Of a stretch of DNA of 36,601 nt, positions 30,544 to 36,601 are shown in pieces. Each line of letters begins with the position of its first letter. Position 1 is the stretch's first letter. The translations under genes and the position numbers were made by a program. The notes beneath the pieces are model-generated. The model had not been told where the DNA came from. It ran no database searches and saw nothing but the letters and a program-made list of their open reading frames with translations. The DNA comes from a virus, in the IMG/VR virus record IMGVR_UViG_3300037104_000497, positions 1 to 36,601 of that record; one strand, 5' to 3'.

Positions 30544-31782
30544 TTACGAACAAATACGAACCGCAAACTCAGGGTTAATTGCAACACCGCAAATTACGTC
30601 GATACGATCTAACTGTTCATAGTTTCTGATATCAGCACCGAGCGAATACGTCATTGCCAACTTGTAAAGGTCGGAATAACGAGTCACTGCTTCAACACCG
30701 CCTCTCAATTCTTTGATAGGGGGCGCTGCAAACACGACTGCTTGTGTGTGATATGCGAGTGATACATTGTGTGAGCTACGCAATAACATTTGTGCACCAT
30801 TTGGAATCGCAGCAGAAATGTTTTGTCTTGCGCCATCGATCACAATTGTTGGATTTACTGGAATGTCCGCAGTGCCACCACCACCGGTGGTTACAGTTGC
30901 AGTCACTACAAACTGTGCGCGTTGTGATAATGCTTCGTAATTTAATGGATTAACCATAAATACGCCGGATGCATCATCAACCTCGATAATGTCACCGATA
31001 TTAAACGCTACAGTATTTGGCACTAATCCCGTTACAGAAATTGTGTTTCCACCAACGATAGGGCCGTTTGTCACAGTACCCGCAAGTGAAAATCCAGCGG
31101 GCGGTGTTCCACCAGCTTGACCTGCACCTGCAATTTGACGTGTCAAGAAATTGGTCTTGAAAAAGTCAAATCCAGATAAATGACCTACGAATCCATCAAT
31201 CAACGCACCGGTATTAACGGTATTGTTGAATGTGTTGAATAAGTCATTAGACAGGTTTGCAGCAATACGAGGGCCGACACCACAATAGCGTTTGCCATCT
31301 TCAGGTATAGCCAATTCTGTCATGTAAGCATCAGCACTTAAAATAGTGTTGAAGTCGACTGGCACGCCCGGTGTTCCTACCGCTTGGTAGGTTTGTGTTT
31401 GGAATTCGGATGCAATGAATCGCTCAACCATGTTACCCAAACGTTTTGCACGAGGTGCATTCGCCATTTCCAAATAAGGCTCATCGCGTGCGCGATCAAA
31501 GGTCAATTCAAACCCTGTGTAGTCCAACATGATTCGGAATTGCTTTGTGATCGTTAACGGTCTGATAATCTGTACGCGAGCTTCAGAGGTTGCACTTGCG
31601 CCTTCGCCGCCCAAATATCTTTCTTCTAAACGATAGTCTAGAGTTTGGCCGGTTGCAAAGCGTAAATTCTTAAAATCACCTTCGAGGTTACGATTGGATG
31701 TTCTTGCGAATGATAATGAGTTCCAAAACCTAACGAACACATCATCGAGTACATATTGGGTTTCTCTAAATAAATTGGCCAT
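30544..31782 (-). CDS. Major capsid protein (412 aa, P22-coat-like)
   Basis: The position after the scaffold, the size, and the overall pattern (N-arm, central Gly/Thr-rich insertion-like segment, C-terminal ...YSLGADIRN...) fit a P22-type coat. It is followed by a strong terminator. Family assignment is from memory. Confidence 0.75.
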   Translation of the reverse strand: MANLFRETQYVLDDVFVRFWNSLSFARTSNRNLEGDFKNLRFATGQTLDYRLEERYLGGEGASATSEARVQIIRPLTITKQFRIMLDYTGFELTFDRARDEPYLEMANAPRAKRLGNMVERFIASEFQTQTYQAVGTPGVPVDFNTILSADAYMTELAIPEDGKRYCGVGPRIAANLSNDLFNTFNNTVNTGALIDGFVGHLSGFDFFKTNFLTRQIAGAGQAGGTPPAGFSLAGTVTNGPIVGGNTISVTGLVPNTVAFNIGDIIEVDDASGVFMVNPLNYEALSQRAQFVVTATVTTGGGGTADIPVNPTIVIDGARQNISAAIPNGAQMLLRSSHNVSLAYHTQAVVFAAPPIKELRGGVEAVTRYSDLYKLAMTYSLGADIRNYEQLDRIDVICGVAINPEFAVRICS

Positions 31783-31958
31783 AATAAATACACTCCGTGT
31801 AATATGGAATCAATCAAAAATTGTCTAATTAAAGACGCCGTTTCATTGTCCAAGCGGAGAGACTGTATTATTACGCGCTCTAGTTCTAGCGATGCGGAAG
31901 CTAGTTAAATACACGCATCTATATTCAGAATATAGAATGGATAGTAAATTGTCAATCA

Positions 31959-31967
31959 TGATATAAT
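31959..31967 (+). promoter_or_regulatory. Extended -10 promoter TGaTATAAT for the endonuclease gene, inside the 15-bp palindrome TGATATAATATATCA
   Basis: TG at 31959-31960 and TATAAT at 31962-31967. The palindrome at 31959-31973 was checked by hand. Confidence 0.5.
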
Positions 31968-32057
31968 ATATCATCAAGTCTAGCCCGACGGGGCGAATAG
32001 TAATCTCATCAGTTACGTGACTTGACTATTATTATGATGACCTTGATGGGGGAATAA

Positions 32058-32633
32058 ATGAAAAATAATATTTGTATTATAGATGGGTGTGACCGTTTAA
32101 GAGATAAAAAACAAAACCGCCGTATCTGTCAAATGCATCGTGTTCGATATAGTAGGCATAAATCTTACGATCTTCAAAGTGCGCCAAAATTGCCTAACGG
32201 TATTCTCAAAATATGTAAAAAGCATGGTGATCTTAGTTCACTACAAGTTTATAAAAGAACTCCAAAAAAAGATTGGTTATCATGCAGATTATGTGCTAAA
32301 GCAAGAAATGATCGATTTAATGCAAATAATCCTGTTCGTATTATACATAAAAATTATTACTATCTTACAAAATACAGAACAAAAATTAGCAAAAATGATT
32401 ATTATGAAATGTTAAAACTACAAAATAACCTATGCGCAATATGTAAAAACCCTGAAAAAATATCTACATCACCTAAAAATGATAATCCTAAACGGTTAGC
32501 AATAGATCATTGCCACAAAACAGGTAAAATTCGTGGGTTGTTATGCCATAAATGTAATGTATCTATAGGCGCAATGCATGAATCAATAGAAATATTACAA
32601 AGCGCCATAGCATACTTAAAAAAACATCAATAG
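32058..32633 (+). CDS. Endonuclease VII family (HNH-type) homing endonuclease (191 aa)
   Basis: QNNLCAICKNPEK...LAIDHCHKTGKIRGLLCHKCNVSIG is the Endonuclease_7 signature (C..C....DHdH.tG..RGlLC..CN..lG). N-terminal Cys/His modules are also present. Confidence 0.85.
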   Translation: MKNNICIIDGCDRLRDKKQNRRICQMHRVRYSRHKSYDLQSAPKLPNGILKICKKHGDLSSLQVYKRTPKKDWLSCRLCAKARNDRFNANNPVRIIHKNYYYLTKYRTKISKNDYYEMLKLQNNLCAICKNPEKISTSPKNDNPKRLAIDHCHKTGKIRGLLCHKCNVSIGAMHESIEILQSAIAYLKKHQ

Positions 32634-33572
32634 TTATCGGTTCGCCTTATGTCGAGTTTTAACAGTCGCAAGTCGCTTCGCATCCGCCTTCGCCAACAAA
32701 TCATCCCCCGATGTATCCTTTTGTTTAGGTTGAACCTTCGTGACTGCATCTTCACGGGTTCGCCCTAGGGGTCGAGGCGTTTTTGTGGTGGATTTGTTAC
32801 GACGCATCCGCTCTTCAAGTTTACCCATTTCAACCATGCGGGCATAGGGATCGGGTAGTTTTGAGATGCGTTCAATTTCTTGCGGATGACGTTTGCTTGC
32901 GGCATAGATGAATGCGGTAGGATCTGCCATGGCACGAAGTGATAATGTCATCGCATCATCCATGGGTTGCGCGCCGACCACTTCCTTAAAGTCTTGAAAA
33001 CGATCCATTCCCGTTGTAAATTTCTTGTGAAACTCACGTTGTACTTGCTCTTCTTTAACAGCACGTTCACGTTGCTGCGTTTCATTTGTCATGCTGTTAA
33101 CAGTTTGCTTCACAAAATCAGTAAGTTGCGTTTGCCATGATCCTTCATCATTGGGATCGTATTTAAAATCAGCCGCCGCTTTTTGTACCTCACTGCTTGC
33201 GCCTTTACTGGCTAATTGCTGGCGCAACACTTGCAGTTCATGATCACGTTGATCAATATCACGCTGGTATTGTTTTTCTTTTCGATCAAGGCGCTCTTTC
33301 ATGCCTTTACTCATGCGTTCTTTTTTATTGCCGTATTCATCCTCTTCATCCACTTCGCTATCTAGCGCGGGCGTTTCGTCTGAGACTTCTTCCTCTTCAA
33401 CCGTTTCAGGCTTCTCCTCTTCTACATCACCATAATCCGGCGTCTCCTCCGCTTCAACCTCTTCAATCGGTGCTTTATCTTCAACTATCTTATCCTTATG
33501 TTCCGGTGTTGCGGGTTGCTGTGAATTGCCTACGCCCATTAACAAATCATCGATGCTGCTTATGTTGCTCAT
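32634..33572 (-). CDS. Scaffolding protein (312 aa)
   Basis: It lies between portal and coat. It has a highly acidic N-terminal third (EEVEAEETPDYGDVEEEKPETVEEEE), a charged helical/coiled-coil middle and a basic C-terminus. Confidence 0.6.
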   Translation of the reverse strand: MSNISSIDDLLMGVGNSQQPATPEHKDKIVEDKAPIEEVEAEETPDYGDVEEEKPETVEEEEVSDETPALDSEVDEEDEYGNKKERMSKGMKERLDRKEKQYQRDIDQRDHELQVLRQQLASKGASSEVQKAAADFKYDPNDEGSWQTQLTDFVKQTVNSMTNETQQRERAVKEEQVQREFHKKFTTGMDRFQDFKEVVGAQPMDDAMTLSLRAMADPTAFIYAASKRHPQEIERISKLPDPYARMVEMGKLEERMRRNKSTTKTPRPLGRTREDAVTKVQPKQKDTSGDDLLAKADAKRLATVKTRHKANR

Positions 33573-33592
33573 GTGTTCCCCTTATCCATGGT

Positions 33593-35983
33593 TTAGTGAA
33601 CTTTTGACGTTAAAATTTTTACTAAATTATCAGCGTGCGCAATGTCCTTATCCGTTTCAGTACGATGCGCTTCCGACATAAACTTCAGTTTTCCATCTTC
33701 AATACTTCCAGCGAGTTCTAACTTGGCAATCTCTAATTTCATTTGCTCAATCTCTAAATCGGATTGATCTTGTTTTTGCTTTAAGACTAATTCTTGCTGC
33801 TTAAGTTGTATTTGGGCTTGTTTATATTGCTGATCTTGTTGCATTTGTTGTTGTTGTAACATAATTGCGGCCTGTTCAGGCGATGGCCCTTGCGCTTGTT
33901 GCTTTGGCATCTCGCCCGTTTTACCTGCCTCAATAATGGATGGATCAACACGCGTCTTAAGACGGTTTTTAATCTCGATGGTGTTTGCGAGTGGTAAGTT
34001 TTCAGCAAATAAATCCGCAATCAATACCCATGACTCAGGGTCTGCTTGCAGCACTTCACGCAATGATTGCAATGCTTGCTCTTTCTGGCCTTCGTAACTT
34101 GGCCCCGGTTTCAATCTAACTTGATACGTGCCTTTGCGAATATCATTTTCAATACTCTCGCCATATTCATCAATCTCTTTGTTGATCGTTACATTTTTCA
34201 TGCCTTTGTCTGGCATCATCAATGTCATGACACGCTCAGAGTCATACACACGCGGAATCATTTCATTAACAATTTCACCACCTGTTGCAATAGCGCGATT
34301 GATCGAGTTAAAAAAGACGTATGTTGCGTAACTACCTTGGCGAGTTCTGGCATCGATTGCGGCTCCGCTTGCTTCATCACCAGCCTGCCCCATTCTTGCA
34401 GGATACAAGCCAGTAGAAGTATACAAATCCTGAATCGCAAGCTCGTATTGTTGAAATAATGACATTGAAAGTTCGGGTGGTCGCACTTGCTCAGGTTTCG
34501 CCCCGTCCGGTGATTCATCATAAGCTAATAATCCTTGTATTGCGGTGGGATCTCGCCAGTTTCGTTGAGTGTCGAGTGATGCTACATTTTTCTTTGATCC
34601 GATCCATTGATCGTAACGGCTAACTTTAAGTATATATGCTGATTGTGTGCGTAAATAATTAATGTATCTTTGAGTGTCTCTGCAATCACCAAAGAATGAA
34701 CGGGTGATTTGTTTACCGGTTTTGTCGTAGTAACTATTGTTATCGACGAACACCAAAGGTAATTGCTCGCTGGGGAATTCTGTTTTGTCAAGCTCATAAT
34801 CACCCGCTATTCTGTAATGAATAATTTTATGTTTCTTAGATGGTCGCTTTTCTTCAATGCGTACCATCTCACCTTCATTCCATAGTGTCATTGTATCAGG
34901 GGTTTCATCATTGGCGGATTGTTGCTTATTAGGCGTTACATCAATACCGTTATCTTTCGGTAATATATCGTGATTGCCTTCCATTCCAAAGCCTTGTGGA
35001 TTGTAGGATTGTCCTTGCTGTTCTTGTGGTTGCCTGTCACCCATCTGAGCCAGTTGTGATGCGAGCTGAGGGGTATTTCCGGATTGATTTTCGCCTTGGG
35101 TGTCACCCATAGATTGCGGCTGCATTTGTTGTGATGCCTGCATCTCAGCATCCATCGCCATATTACGCGCATTCATCTCGTGGGATTTTTCAATGAGTTC
35201 ATCCATTTCCTCTTGGTTTAATATGTTTCCATTCGAGAGTTTATACAGGGTGTCTTTGACATATTTGCGTACATAATGATCTATTATCGTGATCGATTCA
35301 TCATCCGCCCACATAAACGGATTACCGGATTCATTGGGTTGTACCGCTAATGCTATCTCTTCCTCCGATTGCGTGATGCTGCTCGACTTCATTATTTCTT
35401 TTTCAATATCTTTGCCGTATACCTGCCGAAACTTCGTGCGAGTCATGCGCGATAGATAGCCGCAAACAGTACCATCGGTTTTATTAATGGTTTCGGCACC
35501 TACATCCCAATAGCAGCGGGTTGCATCTTTGAAATAGTAATACTCGATATCTTGGTTAAATGATTTAGAGTGTGCGTAATCCGTACCTAAACAAAATGCA
35601 CTATAGCCACCGATAGATGCTTGTTGTCCGGCAACTTGATAGGCAATTGTAGCAGGCGTCGAAAACATAATATCTTTCGTAATGAGTTCACGAAGCGATG
35701 CTACTTTTTCATCACACCCTGTCATGGGTACAACTTGTAACTGAGGGGTATTTTGTTGCTGTTCACCACTCAATGAGTTTGACATGGTGCCAAGTTTGTT
35801 TGAGGTTAGAGGTACCTTTCGGTACGTCTTAATCATGTCGTCCTCTTCATCATCTGTCCATTGCGGGCCTAATACAAATCCATGCATGGTATGATAGAGA
35901 TCTATATTTTGTTTGAAGCTTGCGTAAAACTTTTCATAGGCAATGCGTGCCTCGCGCGCAATCTTTTCATTCTGTTTGGCCAT
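33593..35983 (-). CDS. Portal protein (796 aa) with a Q-rich coiled-coil C-terminal barrel
   Basis: It lies directly after terL. The size and the C-terminal QQAAIMLQQQQMQQDQQYKQAQIQLKQQELVLKQKQDQ... recall the P22-type portal barrel. An internal Q/G-rich insert is present. Confidence 0.8.
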   Translation of the reverse strand: MAKQNEKIAREARIAYEKFYASFKQNIDLYHTMHGFVLGPQWTDDEEDDMIKTYRKVPLTSNKLGTMSNSLSGEQQQNTPQLQVVPMTGCDEKVASLRELITKDIMFSTPATIAYQVAGQQASIGGYSAFCLGTDYAHSKSFNQDIEYYYFKDATRCYWDVGAETINKTDGTVCGYLSRMTRTKFRQVYGKDIEKEIMKSSSITQSEEEIALAVQPNESGNPFMWADDESITIIDHYVRKYVKDTLYKLSNGNILNQEEMDELIEKSHEMNARNMAMDAEMQASQQMQPQSMGDTQGENQSGNTPQLASQLAQMGDRQPQEQQGQSYNPQGFGMEGNHDILPKDNGIDVTPNKQQSANDETPDTMTLWNEGEMVRIEEKRPSKKHKIIHYRIAGDYELDKTEFPSEQLPLVFVDNNSYYDKTGKQITRSFFGDCRDTQRYINYLRTQSAYILKVSRYDQWIGSKKNVASLDTQRNWRDPTAIQGLLAYDESPDGAKPEQVRPPELSMSLFQQYELAIQDLYTSTGLYPARMGQAGDEASGAAIDARTRQGSYATYVFFNSINRAIATGGEIVNEMIPRVYDSERVMTLMMPDKGMKNVTINKEIDEYGESIENDIRKGTYQVRLKPGPSYEGQKEQALQSLREVLQADPESWVLIADLFAENLPLANTIEIKNRLKTRVDPSIIEAGKTGEMPKQQAQGPSPEQAAIMLQQQQMQQDQQYKQAQIQLKQQELVLKQKQDQSDLEIEQMKLEIAKLELAGSIEDGKLKFMSEAHRTETDKDIAHADNLVKILTSKVH

Positions 35984-36026
35984 AACAGTTCCTTGTTATA
36001 TGTAAAAAATCCATTTGTTTTAAATC

Positions 36027-36601
36027 TTAAATCAGCATTCCAGCATGTCGTTCTGGCAGTTTATTCGGTTTATAACTGCCCTCTGAAACATATTCACCAC
36101 CGTAAAATGTAAGTGTGAGTGCGACCGCCGTATCCGGTGACAAACATCCTCGTTTCTTCAAATCCTCAGTGCTTTCTAGCTGTAGCTTATCACTCGAATC
36201 GTATTTGTATCCGATACCGGTTAAATCCGTTTGTAGTTCATCACTATTCGGAATCTCAACACCCATTTCCTGTATCAACCATTCACGCGTACGATCCCAT
36301 AACTCAGCGCGACAATTCTTATATTTGTTTTTATCTTCAGCGCGTGTCGCCACATTTACACCGACCACAATATTCTCATACCCTAATTCGTGTAATCTAT
36401 CAACAACACCCGCTCCAATGCCAATACAATCAATAAATACTTTACGTGGGTGCTCTTTATCAATGATTCGTTTAATAATACCCGCTAATTCCATCAAGTC
36501 GATATTATAATGCGTTTCGAGTTTAAAAGCTTTACGCCCTTTGCGTCGTATGATTGCGGTACGATCATCGCCTTTTCGTGCTGGATCGACGCCAATCACT
36601 A
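36027..36601 (-). CDS. terL: Terminase large subunit, C-terminal (nuclease) part. The last 127 nt duplicate 1-127. Join 36027..36474 with 1..1076.
   Basis: The track ORF begins MIGVDPARKGDDRTAIIRRKG..., the same peptide reached by translating from 1076 downward through base 1. The stop is at 36027. Confidence 0.9.
   Translation of the reverse strand, partial: VIGVDPARKGDDRTAIIRRKGRKAFKLETHYNIDLMELAGIIKRIIDKEHPRKVFIDCIGIGAGVVDRLHELGYENIVVGVNVATRAEDKNKYKNCRAELWDRTREWLIQEMGVEIPNSDELQTDLTGIGYKYDSSDKLQLESTEDLKKRGCLSPDTAVALTLTFYGGEYVSEGSYKPNKLPERHAGMLI
36475..36601. repeat. Terminal direct repeat, copy 2 (identical to 1-127)
   Basis: See copy 1. Confidence 0.95.

Larger units (their letters stand above)
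31783..32633 (+). mobile_element. Free-standing homing-endonuclease cassette (own promoter plus Endo VII/HNH gene) inserted antisense between the scaffold and coat genes
   Basis: It is the only plus-strand gene inside about 20 kb of minus-strand late genes. It abuts the scaffold stop with zero spacing and has its own extended -10 promoter. Confidence 0.5.

Overview
The window is one complete, AT-rich tailed-phage genome of about 36.5 kb, read through its circular junction. Bases 1-127 are identical to 36475-36601, so the unit length is 36474 bp.

Late operon (minus strand, 1549 across the junction down to about 16111):
- small and large terminase, with terL split by the window ends
- a large portal with a Q-rich coiled-coil C-terminus
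- an acidic scaffold and a P22-type coat
- adaptor/nozzle-type and Gly/Gln-rich ejection-type proteins
- three fibre-type proteins, an M15 endolysin, a holin-like protein and a VRR-NUC nuclease
- no tape measure, sheath or tube gene, so the architecture looks podovirus-like

Early genes:
- Two plus-strand operons start at promoters that share the 13-mer AAGTGTTGACATA. One encodes small proteins. The other encodes a recombination module (P-loop ATPase, SSB-like protein, PD-(D/E)XK nuclease) and an SF2 helicase.
- Minus-strand early genes include a Cro-like HTH protein, an O-like winged-helix initiator with internal repeats, and a CspA-type cold-shock protein.
- An Endonuclease-VII/HNH homing-type gene sits antisense between scaffold and coat.

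Accessory island (13.9-15.8 kb), bracketed by two inverted DUF551-type genes:
- a type-Ib parA/parG partition cassette
- a roughly 590-nt ORF-free, GC-enriched, helix-dense segment with its own promoter-like element
- a solitary tRNA-Gln(UUG) and two tandem terminators

I found no integrase, CI-like repressor, DNA polymerase, rRNA, CRISPR array or IS element.

The best candidate for something undescribed is the large structured-RNA-like segment fused upstream of the tRNA. Second is the phage-plasmid-like partition island in a P22-type podovirus backbone.

All calls come from reading motifs by eye. No database search or folding program was run.
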